From: a virus
Direction: 5' to 3' (one strand)
DNA length: 64,000 nucleotides
IMG/VR virus record: IMGVR_UViG_3300030098_006570
Span: 84,085-148,084 of that record
Shown here: positions 55,690 through 63,922 of the stretch, piece after piece
Layout of the letters: each line of letters opens with the position of its first letter
How positions within the stretch are numbered: the stretch's first letter is position 1
Notes under the pieces: generated by a model
Databases searched by the model: none
What the model was told of the DNA's origin: nothing
The model's input: the letters and a program-made list of their open reading frames with translations, nothing else
Translations under genes and position numbers: made by a program

Positions 55690-56976
55690 TTACCTTTCGG
55701 TAGGAACGATAATCATTCGTTCGGGCTTCGGGTTGAAGTAGGGACGCTGGCCGTTGTACTCATCGGTAATCCAGAGACGTTGAACATTGCAGCGAACCGG
55801 CTTCGGTGCCTCCATATCGGTACAAATGATAAGGCCGTCGAATCCGCCCTTCTCATTCACGAACTTCGTGGGAGCGTTGAAGCAAGTTCCGCCGTGCATG
55901 ACACGTTCACGCTTGCGCTGCATTCCCTTCTTCCAAACATAATTCAAACTCTCCTCGACACGAGTATCGAAAGGAATCACCGTGAACTCTGCGATCTTAG
56001 CAAGCGAGTTCAACTCTGCAAAGAAGGATGCCAGCATAGCATCCGAAACCGAGCCCGACTGGTCGATTGCAATCGCAATCTTAGCAGTTCGGGAAGACTT
56101 CTTGCCAGGATGCTGGTAAGGATAACGCTTGTTGATCTTGCGAACCGTGCTGCGCTTGTTTGCCTTCTGGCTCTGCTTCACAAAGTAGCGAAGCACCTTG
56201 CGCCAGTCAACCTTGCTGGAGATACCGTCAATAATCTCCTTCCTGAGATTGCTCGGCACACTTCCCCATCCACGGGAAGAAGAGTTTGCCTCTTCAACGG
56301 CGTCCTTCACGAACTCCTTGACTCGCTCCTCCGCAATCTGCTTTGTCTGCTCATCAACAGCATCCCAACCGGAGTGATCATCGAAAGAGTCCATATCGTC
56401 CAGGGACTGCTGGCCTTGCCCTTGTCCCTCTCCACCTTCACCTTCTTGAGGCTCACCCTGACCTTGTTGATTCTCCGGTTGTTCCTTCTGCATCTTGCGA
56501 AGTTCCTTCAAGTAGTGCTCGGCAGTCTTGAAAGGCTCAAGGTGCTCAAATGGCCCCTTTCCAGGCATACAAGCCATTTCGGGAAGGTGCGGAAGATGCC
56601 CGTTGATTGACAGGTCCATCGCGATGTTGTGAATCTTGCGCTCGTTCGGTGCCATGTCGCGGAAGGACAAGAATCGGTTGCCAGTCACATGCTGAAACAC
56701 AATGTGATAGAACTCGTGCTTTAGGATGTCCTTCTTTGCTTCATCACTCAGGGGAGCGAAGAACTTAGGATTGTAGACCATCTGCAACTTGCCCTCTTCC
56801 GTCACCATCACACCGGCAGTTGGAATCGCGTTGCTTGCACGCTTATCCATCCGACGCGAAAGTGCCGCAAAGAAAGGCTCGTCCATAAGCAGACGATGAA
56901 TGTGAATGTTCAGGTCGAAAGCGGATACATCCACTTCCTCAGTTTCGACTGCTTCGCTTTTGGCTGGCTCGGTCAT
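55690..56976 (-). CDS. DUF2201-type metallopeptidase-VWA protein
   Basis: KHEFYH, NIAMDLSIN, DDHSGW, IDQSGSV (MIDAS), GGTCF, CTD. Confidence 0.88.
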   Translation of the reverse strand: MTEPAKSEAVETEEVDVSAFDLNIHIHRLLMDEPFFAALSRRMDKRASNAIPTAGVMVTEEGKLQMVYNPKFFAPLSDEAKKDILKHEFYHIVFQHVTGNRFLSFRDMAPNERKIHNIAMDLSINGHLPHLPEMACMPGKGPFEHLEPFKTAEHYLKELRKMQKEQPENQQGQGEPQEGEGGEGQGQGQQSLDDMDSFDDHSGWDAVDEQTKQIAEERVKEFVKDAVEEANSSSRGWGSVPSNLRKEIIDGISSKVDWRKVLRYFVKQSQKANKRSTVRKINKRYPYQHPGKKSSRTAKIAIAIDQSGSVSDAMLASFFAELNSLAKIAEFTVIPFDTRVEESLNYVWKKGMQRKRERVMHGGTCFNAPTKFVNEKGGFDGLIICTDMEAPKPVRCNVQRLWITDEYNGQRPYFNPKPERMIIVPTER

Positions 56977-57001
56977 TGAGCGTTCCTCCATTGTTACCTA
57001 T

Positions 57002-57030
57002 AGTATACCAGAAAAAAGGCGACCTGTCAA
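57002..57030 (-). promoter_or_regulatory. Early sigma70 promoter
   Basis: TTGACA-N17-TATACT. Confidence 0.75.
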
Positions 57031-57070
57031 GCAAGGAAAGAGTATCCCCACTTGACAGGCCAGTCAGTTT

Positions 57071-58132
57071 CTACACCTTGTCGCCAGTCAGAATCTCCAC
57101 AAGGTAGTTACCAACCTTGCGACCATCAGCCGCAGCCGTGGAGTGGAACTGAATCGCGTTGTCCTGATTCGCCTGACCGATAACGGTCCACAGCTTCATG
57201 GCGGGCTCGCTCGGCAGAGACATGAAGTATGCCGCGAGGTTCACGAGTTCACCCTCGTTCAGGGAGTTAGCGAATCGGTCACTCGCACCCATCTTGTCAA
57301 TGAGAGCGCAGTGCTGGTTCAGGTCAACGTCCGGGGTCATTCCCTTGTCGAGAATGTCGGAAATGGTGACAACCTTGCTGTAGTTCGCTACGAAGTCGTT
57401 GAAAGCAACCGCAGCCTCGAATCCGAGGTAAGCAGAAGCCAGCGCAAACACAGCCGGGTTGGACTGGCCCGCTTCGACCAGTCCCGCAGCGGTCACAGTG
57501 TCCGAGAATCGAGCCCACGAACGACGCGACGGGTAAACCTTGTTCGGCTCGGGGTCGTCGTTGTGCTCAAGGTGCTCGGTGTTGTTCCGAATGAAGTCCG
57601 TCACCAGAGCATCGCAGTTGTCCGCAGCCCACGCAATCCAGTCATCAATGGAAGGCTCCACATCGAACACCGTGTAGCGGTCGAGTTCAGCCGGGTCCAT
57701 TTCACCGACCTGATAGGAAGCAGCGCCCGCGTGGGTTCCACCATTCACCGCAGCGAAAATCAGGGTGTCAGGGTGAAGTGCATGACCGGCGAGCTTGCGA
57801 GAATCGCAAAGCTCAAAGATACCCTGGCGAACTTCCAGGGTCGCACGGTCAACCTCATCGAGGAAGAGGACGACGCCATTATCACAGGCAGTCGCGAACC
57901 AGTCTGGAGGACAAAAGGAAGTCACCCCTTCATCCACAGTCGGCAGACCCAAAAGGTCGCCTTCCGTCATCTGCGAAGCGCGGCGCTCCACCACCGGAAG
58001 ACCGAGGGATTCCGCGTACTGGTAAACCACGGAAGACTTACCGATGCCGTGCCGACCACGGAGCAGGACAGGGTGATTCGCACTTGTAACGTGCGGAAGG
58101 ACGAGGAGAAGATTCTTGAAGTCGATTGCCAT
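57071..58132 (-). CDS. MoxR-like AAA+ ATPase
   Basis: GRHGIGKS, LFLDEVDRA, AAVN, DPAELDR, PSRRSW. Confidence 0.9.
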   Translation of the reverse strand: MAIDFKNLLLVLPHVTSANHPVLLRGRHGIGKSSVVYQYAESLGLPVVERRASQMTEGDLLGLPTVDEGVTSFCPPDWFATACDNGVVLFLDEVDRATLEVRQGIFELCDSRKLAGHALHPDTLIFAAVNGGTHAGAASYQVGEMDPAELDRYTVFDVEPSIDDWIAWAADNCDALVTDFIRNNTEHLEHNDDPEPNKVYPSRRSWARFSDTVTAAGLVEAGQSNPAVFALASAYLGFEAAVAFNDFVANYSKVVTISDILDKGMTPDVDLNQHCALIDKMGASDRFANSLNEGELVNLAAYFMSLPSEPAMKLWTVIGQANQDNAIQFHSTAAADGRKVGNYLVEILTGDKV

Positions 58133-58178
58133 GTTTTGTTCCTAGTTGTGGGGCTTACTCGCCCCGTCCATTATCTAT

Positions 58179-58207
58179 ATAGTACCACAGGGAGACGCTG
58201 CTGTCAA
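58179..58207 (-). promoter_or_regulatory. Early sigma70 promoter
   Basis: TTGACA-N17-TACTAT. Confidence 0.7.
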
Positions 58208-58231
58208 CCCTAAAAATGTTCACTTTCTATA

Positions 58232-59098
58232 CTAACTATCATCGCGGGGAACTTCGGGATCTTTCATTTCCGAAAGTTCAATCTCGCCATTCACATACTG
58301 CCGGAGCTGTGTCCTTTGGAAGTCCGTGAAGGTACGGAAATTGTCGCTGGACTGATCATTCTTCGCGCCAAAATGCTCCTTCGTGGCCTTCTTCAGTGCC
58401 TTCACATCAAGGAAAGAACTGGTTTTCAGAGAACCACAAGCCGGGGAAACCACTTCCCAATTAGTGTTGTCTGCCCTCTCGTGGCGATCCATCTTCTCGG
58501 ATTCATAGTACCAACCCTTTCCAAACCTGGGAACGATACCCGGAATAGTTGGGAGGCATACAGGCACCGTCCGACGCGAAGCATACACAGTCTCTTGTTG
58601 GGCTCCAATGAATTCAAAATGAAAGAAGGGTGATGGACTGCCCCATTCGGGTGTATTCATGATGCCAGCATAATGAGTAAGTTCATGGCTGATATGAGGC
58701 ACCATATACATCCCAACCGGAGGCATGTAGCCGTCGTCGTTAGGATACTGATATGTTCCGTTACGGTAATAGCTCACCTCGTTGGCGCGCACCATTGCGC
58801 CCGGTCCCAGGCCAGTCTCTTTCATCCACTTTACCAACGCCTGACGCCACAGATTGAGGTCCATCTGGAATTGTGCCTTGTGCTTCTTAGCAGTTTCGCA
58901 CCCTGCGCGAGTGTGTCCCATTTCACCACAGTAGCTGCACCTTTTCGGCTTTGCTTTGCGGTCAAGAATTGCCTGCCACTGGCGACCATAATAACTGTTA
59001 GGGTCCTCTTCCCACTTCTTCTTCAGTTCGGGACAACTGGTTTTGTTGTGTCCTGATTGGTAACAATAACTGCATCGAACTGTTCCGGTCCAACTCAT
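58232..59098 (-). CDS. Double CCHC zinc-knuckle protein
   Basis: CSYCYQSGHNKTSC and CSYCGEMGHTRAGC. Confidence 0.75.
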   Translation of the reverse strand: MSWTGTVRCSYCYQSGHNKTSCPELKKKWEEDPNSYYGRQWQAILDRKAKPKRCSYCGEMGHTRAGCETAKKHKAQFQMDLNLWRQALVKWMKETGLGPGAMVRANEVSYYRNGTYQYPNDDGYMPPVGMYMVPHISHELTHYAGIMNTPEWGSPSPFFHFEFIGAQQETVYASRRTVPVCLPTIPGIVPRFGKGWYYESEKMDRHERADNTNWEVVSPACGSLKTSSFLDVKALKKATKEHFGAKNDQSSDNFRTFTDFQRTQLRQYVNGEIELSEMKDPEVPRDDS

Positions 59099-59144
59099 AT
59101 TTTCTCTCCCGATTGCGGGGGGTTAATCTCTAACTTCTACCTGT

Positions 59145-59173
59145 ATTATACCAGCCTCTAAGGTGGCTGTCAA
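59145..59173 (-). promoter_or_regulatory. Early sigma70 promoter (perfect consensus)
   Basis: TTGACA-N17-TATAAT. Confidence 0.8.
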
Positions 59174-59340
59174 CCTTTTAATTGTAAGGATGGGGGGCAA
59201 CATCTTTTCGGGTGTTGCGGCCTAGACAACTTTCAACATGTTTCGCGCCGTCCAGTAGGTTCCGATGGTTCTCCTGTATACGCAGGGATTCACGATTGTC
59301 ATTGAAGCCCCATTTATTTAGTATTCACCCCAATTCTATG

Positions 59341-59970
59341 TCACTTACGCTTCTTTGCCTTCTTTAGATGACGCTCTTCCGTCCAAATGGGCTCGGAAGA
59401 CCCGATTGGCAATACTTGTAGCGGCTTTGCGCCCTTTCCGTGGGACCTGACCATCTCAAATCCCCCATACTTCAAAATAATAACTGGCTTGTTTGCGAAT
59501 CGGCGGGTTCCGCTGGCGGCTCGGAAGCAAGCTGTTGAACCTACTACAAAACTAGGTTCGCTCAGGAAGTTGCGAATGACACCAGCAGCATACTTGTTTT
59601 CTACGATCTTGTTGTATTCCCCCATTGTGGGAGTGCCACCGCAACGAACACCCTTACCGCTCTCAGGGTCATATCTAAAATACTTACCAGTAATATTGCC
59701 GTAATAGCCGGTCCGGTTGTAATAGTGAAGGGCGATGCAAAACTTCTGTTCCTTTTCGTCGTCCCAATCTTTGGCCCAAGCTCCTCGGGCTTTGAGAGCT
59801 TCGTCCGACCATCGACCCTTGATTTGCTGTAGGACTCGTTCCTGATTCGCGGAAAGAGTCCTTCCACCGGCCAACTGCTTAGTGATAGACTCTAGAAACC
59901 CATAATCCCAGGAGTTTTCCTCCCCGGCAATAAGGATTTTGCCCATGAAGTTATTTACTTGCTCAAGCAT
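59341..59970 (-). CDS. Hypothetical early protein
   Basis: WDYGFLES...GRTLSANQ motif; SH3-like C-terminus; alternative start 59988. Confidence 0.6.
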   Translation of the reverse strand: MLEQVNNFMGKILIAGEENSWDYGFLESITKQLAGGRTLSANQERVLQQIKGRWSDEALKARGAWAKDWDDEKEQKFCIALHYYNRTGYYGNITGKYFRYDPESGKGVRCGGTPTMGEYNKIVENKYAAGVIRNFLSEPSFVVGSTACFRAASGTRRFANKPVIILKYGGFEMVRSHGKGAKPLQVLPIGSSEPIWTEERHLKKAKKRK

Positions 59971-59997
59971 CGCGGCTCCTTCGCTCATCGTGTATAT

Positions 59998-60026
59998 ATA
60001 CTACCACAGACCGGCGCTGCTGTCAA
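59998..60026 (-). promoter_or_regulatory. Early sigma70 promoter
   Basis: TTGACA-N17-TAGTAT. Confidence 0.65.
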
Positions 60027-60364
60027 GCGGCAAGTAGAATTTGCAAGTTTGTGATATGCTTGCACTTTCCACGAAACTGGAAGCCCGAACACTCGCACTT
60101 CCACTTGTTCCCCTGCTTTGTAACTTTGTAGGTGTTGCCCTTTGAGCCCTTTACTTCAATGACTTTCGCCGGTTCATCAGAATACTTCGGATCCCAATAC
60201 TTCCGAGCCTCCGCACCCCAACAAAACAGTTCTTTAGCATCTTCCAAAGTAGTATCGTCGGGAACCTCAATCCAAACACCTGAAGACACAGCATAAAACT
60301 TGCCTCCCTGTCCCTCCATAACTGTTGGGTGCCAGAGAACGACGTATCGTCCATCAGGCGTCAT
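60023..60364 (-). CDS. SWIM zinc-finger protein
   Basis: GSKGNTYKV...CECSGFQFRGKCKH. Confidence 0.8.
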   Translation of the reverse strand: MTPDGRYVVLWHPTVMEGQGGKFYAVSSGVWIEVPDDTTLEDAKELFCWGAEARKYWDPKYSDEPAKVIEVKGSKGNTYKVTKQGNKWKCECSGFQFRGKCKHITNLQILLAA

Positions 60365-60602
60365 TTTGGGAGACATACTCGGCAGCCAATCGCTCAAAGG
60401 TTTCACGCTGGAAAGCGTCGATGCTGAAATACTCCTGATTGAGAGTATCCCAGTAAACACCGGCTTCAAAAAGCATTTCCTCTACTTCTGGGCCTAGACT
60501 GCCCGACGCCAATCTGTCTTCCGTTAGCCGCTGCAAGGCGGCCTTTTCCAAACTTAGAATTCCTGAGAGCATTTCTCTTTCCTCCGGGGGCTGTTCGCTC
60601 AT
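60354..60602 (-). CDS. Hypothetical protein
   Basis: Directly after a promoter. Confidence 0.5.
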   Translation of the reverse strand: MSEQPPEEREMLSGILSLEKAALQRLTEDRLASGSLGPEVEEMLFEAGVYWDTLNQEYFSIDAFQRETFERLAAEYVSQNDA

Positions 60603-60898
60603 TCTGTCTCTACTATAGCACCGATTGCGGTGCTTGTCAAGTCGTTTTCTTCATTCATCGAATCCATCTCGATGAAGTAATCTTCAATAGCATTCTGCAC
60701 AAAACCAATGCCGCGTGGGCCGAGGATACCGAGAGGAATGTGCTCCGGCATTGTACTGGGGTTGAATAGGTCGTAGACCATTACGGTCCAGCGTCCATCC
60801 CAAACACAGAGATAACGGTCGCGACCAACAATGACGAGTTCCGCGCCATCGACGGCGTTCAAAACATCCAAAGCATTCCAGGCAATTTCTTCAAGCAT
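60599..60898 (-). CDS. Hypothetical protein
   Basis: Coupled ORF. Confidence 0.5.
   Translation of the reverse strand: MLEEIAWNALDVLNAVDGAELVIVGRDRYLCVWDGRWTVMVYDLFNPSTMPEHIPLGILGPRGIGFVQNAIEDYFIEMDSMNEENDLTSTAIGAIVETE
60612..60640 (-). promoter_or_regulatory. Early sigma70 promoter inside the upstream gene end
   Basis: TTGACA-N17-TATAGT. Confidence 0.65.
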
Positions 60899-61245
60899 TA
60901 CAGCTTACCCTTGTGATTAGAGTTTCCAAAGTTCTCGCCAACCTGACGAAACTTCATCCCGGTCATTGCGGTATTAGATCCTGAGAGTGCTGCGCTCTTA
61001 CCCTTGTGCATTCCAATGTTGTTGTTCCATGCCTTGCGGTATTTCTCGCGGTCTTCATTGGACTCAAACGCAAGAATGGAAACACCGCCCATCTTGCCGT
61101 CAGCGGAAGCACAACCAAGATACTTTACAGCAGTCTCGGTTCCCAATTCTTCAACACAGTCGGCGCACTCGTTAATACGACCACCAACCTTGCGCTTTCT
61201 TTGGGACTTAGGATTGAAATCAACTTCGCAGTGAATACAGTTCAT
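60898..61245 (-). CDS. Zn-ribbon hypothetical protein
   Basis: CIHC...CADC; GGAGG RBS. Confidence 0.6.
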   Translation of the reverse strand: MNCIHCEVDFNPKSQRKRKVGGRINECADCVEELGTETAVKYLGCASADGKMGGVSILAFESNEDREKYRKAWNNNIGMHKGKSAALSGSNTAMTGMKFRQVGENFGNSNHKGKL

Positions 61246-61259
61246 CTGACCTCCAGTGT

Positions 61260-61487
61260 CTATACACTCGCACACGATGACACGATTGTCAAGTCATCTT
61301 CGTCCATCCAGCATCCGTCGCCGGGTCCAAAATGAACCCAATAGGAAGGAACATAAATACGCTTCCATTTCTCCAGTATAATTCCAACTTTGCCAGCCAA
61401 GTCCTTACCACTAATCGCGGAGGCACCCAAAGTTTCCTTATTGACTTTCACCATATCACCAACATCATACACTGGTGTCACCTCCAT
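61260..61487 (-). CDS. Small SH3/KOW-like protein
   Basis: DVGDMV...VGII...YWVHF...W. Confidence 0.65.
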   Translation of the reverse strand: MEVTPVYDVGDMVKVNKETLGASAISGKDLAGKVGIILEKWKRIYVPSYWVHFGPGDGCWMDEDDLTIVSSCASV

Positions 61488-61496
61488 CGTGCATAT

Positions 61497-61525
61497 ATTA
61501 TAGCACAGCATAGCTACTCTGTCAA
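61497..61525 (-). promoter_or_regulatory. Early sigma70 promoter (perfect consensus)
   Basis: TTGACA-N17-TATAAT. Confidence 0.8.
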
Positions 61526-61714
61526 GGAGTCTTCACTAATCTCGAAATGTTCCTTCTCTGTAAAAATGTACCTCTCCGGGTTGAGGCCACCGATCATTCT
61601 TACCACACACCGCCTCTCAAGAACCGTGCAGACCTCAAACCGATACTTTCGATAGCTGGGAATCCAATCTTCTGGTGCACTCGGGGCGACCTTTACAATG
61701 TCACCCGGCTTCAT
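61514..61714 (-). CDS. Small SH3/KOW-like protein (MKPGDIV)
   Basis: Array member. Confidence 0.65.
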   Translation of the reverse strand: MKPGDIVKVAPSAPEDWIPSYRKYRFEVCTVLERRCVVRMIGGLNPERYIFTEKEHFEISEDSLTE

Positions 61715-61895
61715 CGGCCAGTTCCAGATTGGTTTTGCTGATAACCCACAGCCACTCCGGGCGGGAACCAATCATCATTAGTTCAACCCCCGTTTCAGTA
61801 GGAAAATCAAGCACCCGAAATGTCTTATCCCTGTAGTCCTCCATCCAATCTAGTGGGGGATTTTCGATCAACTTTACAACATCACCGATCTTCAT
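61701..61895 (-). CDS. Small SH3/KOW-like protein (MKIGDVV)
   Basis: Array member. Confidence 0.7.
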   Translation of the reverse strand: MKIGDVVKLIENPPLDWMEDYRDKTFRVLDFPTETGVELMMIGSRPEWLWVISKTNLELADEAG

Positions 61896-62064
61896 TTACT
61901 AACTCCAAGTATTCAGCAGGATGCGTTGATCGCTCCGTGTTACCTTTTCCATCCCACCACTCTACCGTTTTGTGCTGGGCAGTTCCAGGGATTTCCGTGA
62001 CAATATATCCAAGCCATGTTGGAAAGCCGTCACCCTTATACCTTACCAAGTCACCGACCTTCAC
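61882..62064 (-). CDS. Small SH3/KOW-like protein (MKVGDLV)
   Basis: Array member. Confidence 0.7.
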   Translation of the reverse strand: MKVGDLVRYKGDGFPTWLGYIVTEIPGTAQHKTVEWWDGKGNTERSTHPAEYLELVNEDR

Positions 62065-62251
62065 TTACAACCTCCAGTAAGTCTATCTTACTCGGCATCA
62101 CGCTCTTGATACCACTCCACTTCACTAGGGCGGTTGGAACAACTCGATAATGAATCCCCACCACGATACCCACGCGCTTACTCTGATTGAGCCACGCGGT
62201 TCCCTTCGGGTACATCTTTTCGCCATACTTTACCAAGTCACCGACTTTCAT
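62051..62251 (-). CDS. Small SH3/KOW-like protein (MKVGDLV)
   Basis: Array member. Confidence 0.7.
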   Translation of the reverse strand: MKVGDLVKYGEKMYPKGTAWLNQSKRVGIVVGIHYRVVPTALVKWSGIKSVMPSKIDLLEVVSEGR

Positions 62252-62337
62252 TTTTCATCCTTCGGCGGAGCGCCCAAAAACCAAACCAAACCATAAAATA
62301 CAACTGTGACGGCCCAACTTATTAGATGGTGCTTCAT
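62248..62337 (-). CDS. Unannotated 29-aa membrane peptide
   Basis: MKHHLISWAVTVVFYGLVWFLGAPPKDEK; ATGA overlaps at both ends. Confidence 0.5.
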   Translation of the reverse strand: MKHHLISWAVTVVFYGLVWFLGAPPKDEK

Positions 62338-62561
62338 TGCATAATCTCCATCTGCCCTTGATATAAAGATTCCTCAATCATTTCAGGGCTGTGATGACTC
62401 ACGGTCTTGCTGATGGCCCACGCAATATGATAGTGTCCTTCTCGGTTGACGGCGAGTTTGGTCACAATCCCCAATTCATCAATGTCGGCGCGCTCGTAAG
62501 CAATGTAGCCCCCATGCCACCGGACCAATGTTCCAATTCTAAAATCAGCGTGGGTTTGCAT
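62334..62561 (-). CDS. Small SH3/KOW-like protein
   Basis: FRIGTLVRW...LGIV...YHIAW. Confidence 0.6.
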   Translation of the reverse strand: MQTHADFRIGTLVRWHGGYIAYERADIDELGIVTKLAVNREGHYHIAWAISKTVSHHSPEMIEESLYQGQMEIMQ

Positions 62562-62733
62562 AGGACAGAATCTCCAAAGTGTCGCGCCGGGTGTAAACGT
62601 CGTAGGACTCGCCCTTAGCTGCATTATCAAAAAAGCGCACCCAAACATGGATACCTTCGACTCCTACAATATATCCAGCGCCCTCAACTATGCGGGATCT
62701 TACAACATCTCCAACTTTAGGCTTCTTTCGCAC
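62545..62733 (-). CDS. Small SH3/KOW-like protein
   Basis: KVGDVV...GYIV...VWVRF...LEILS. Confidence 0.65.
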   Translation of the reverse strand: MRKKPKVGDVVRSRIVEGAGYIVGVEGIHVWVRFFDNAAKGESYDVYTRRDTLEILSYANPR

Positions 62734-62938
62734 GATGCACCGTTATTCCCTTGTCCACTTCCCAGCGTCTCATTTCGTCAAAGTAATAGTGGTATATCAG
62801 CTCATGGCAATCCACAAATTTAACGTGAACGCCGAAGTCATCAAACATACCATCTCGTTGAACCCGAATGATGATTCCTATCTCTCTTCCACTTCGCTCG
62901 TGAAATTCAATCAAATCGCCGGGGTTGTATTCGCTCAT
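62717..62938 (-). CDS. Small SH3/KOW-like protein
   Basis: NPGDLI...IGII...VHVKF. Confidence 0.65.
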   Translation of the reverse strand: MSEYNPGDLIEFHERSGREIGIIIRVQRDGMFDDFGVHVKFVDCHELIYHYYFDEMRRWEVDKGITVHRAKEA

Positions 62939-62947
62939 CGTGTCTAG

Positions 62948-62975
62948 AGTATAGCACACGGACTGCAAAAGTCAA
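62948..62975 (-). promoter_or_regulatory. Early sigma70 promoter
   Basis: TTGACT-N16-TATACT with TG extension. Confidence 0.6.
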
Positions 62976-62978
62976 TAC

Positions 62979-63185
62979 CTAATCTGGAATCCTCAAGTCG
63001 TCAATGTGGGACCAAGTATGCTTTCCGTCAGCGGTATAAACTTTATATTCTGCGGTGCCGTCCACGAAGCCTCTGTCATCTGTGATAACCCCCACTACAT
63101 CGGTGAAGACCCATTTAGGCTTACCTGTTTGCGGGGCAAAGTTGTACCTTCCGGTTCGTAATATTACTAAATCACCGACTTTCAT
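62979..63185 (-). CDS. Small SH3/KOW-like protein (MKVGDLV)
   Basis: Array member. Confidence 0.7.
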   Translation of the reverse strand: MKVGDLVILRTGRYNFAPQTGKPKWVFTDVVGVITDDRGFVDGTAEYKVYTADGKHTWSHIDDLRIPD

Positions 63186-63384
63186 TGCTACTCACTAGCC
63201 GCAAGCATGCTCCACTCCACCACCCTTCGTTATTTGCAGTGTGCCATACAACATAACATTCGCCATATACTTTGCCGACTTCTTTGAGGGACGCGGGGCG
63301 CAGTCGGACAACTGTCCCAAGTTGGCGCTCGCGTTCTGCATAGGTATGACTGCCTATGTATTCTACCAAGTCACCGACTTTCAT
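63172..63384 (-). CDS. Small SH3/KOW-like protein (MKVGDLV)
   Basis: Array member. Confidence 0.7.
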   Translation of the reverse strand: MKVGDLVEYIGSHTYAERERQLGTVVRLRPASLKEVGKVYGECYVVWHTANNEGWWSGACLRLVSSNESR

Positions 63385-63553
63385 TGATTACCTTCAGCAT
63401 CTTTATGCGATGAGCCATTGTGCCCTCAACACCATGCCACTGAACCACAGCGGTTGGCACAACTCGATTATGAAGTTCCACCACAATACCCAAGCGTCCC
63501 CACACGATGCTTTCTGGCACCCTGGTGATTTCTACCAAATCACCGACTTGCAC
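63371..63553 (-). CDS. Small SH3/KOW-like protein (MQVGDLV)
   Basis: Array member. Confidence 0.7.
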   Translation of the reverse strand: MQVGDLVEITRVPESIVWGRLGIVVELHNRVVPTAVVQWHGVEGTMAHRIKMLKVINESR

Positions 63554-63728
63554 TGATTACCTCCACATCCCAATCCAGAGGGTCGAAGATTCGCTTCTTT
63601 CCGTCTCCATTACACACGACAGAAATGGCACCCCACTGAGGCCCCAGGACAAGTATGCCGAAATAACGGGTATCGGGGTCACCCATACACTCTTTGTGGG
63701 TTACCACTACCAAATCACCAACTCTCAT
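63540..63728 (-). CDS. Small SH3/KOW-like protein (MRVGDLV)
   Basis: Array member. Confidence 0.7.
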   Translation of the reverse strand: MRVGDLVVVTHKECMGDPDTRYFGILVLGPQWGAISVVCNGDGKKRIFDPLDWDVEVISASR

Positions 63729-63742
63729 GGTCCTATCGTACA

Positions 63743-63922
63743 TCACTCTTCCATTGAAAGGATTTCAAAGTTTTCCAAAGGATGCCACGCATTTTCATGA
63801 TCTCCCGCGAACTGGACATACTCCCCGCGATTGCTGCACTTGTATCCGGTAACAATCTTCATAATCATTGAGCAGTCGCGCACAAGCGCACCAATCATAG
63901 GCATACCACGACTCAGTGTCAT
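63743..63922 (-). CDS. Unannotated 59-aa SH3-like protein
   Basis: Read by hand: MTLSRGMPMIGALVRD...YVQF...WHPLENFEILSMEE; AAGGA RBS. Confidence 0.55.
   Translation of the reverse strand: MTLSRGMPMIGALVRDCSMIMKIVTGYKCSNRGEYVQFAGDHENAWHPLENFEILSMEE

Noticed and set aside
55780-58213. Long + strand ORFs (276 and 356 aa)
   Set aside because: Shadows of the codon-biased VWA and MoxR genes
61262-61292. Additional early promoter (TTGACA at ~61287-61292)
   Set aside because: The -10 position reads GAGTGT, too far from consensus to call
61690-63730. CRISPR-like periodic repeat
   Set aside because: Repeats are degenerate, ~180-210 bp apart and protein coding; no cas genes
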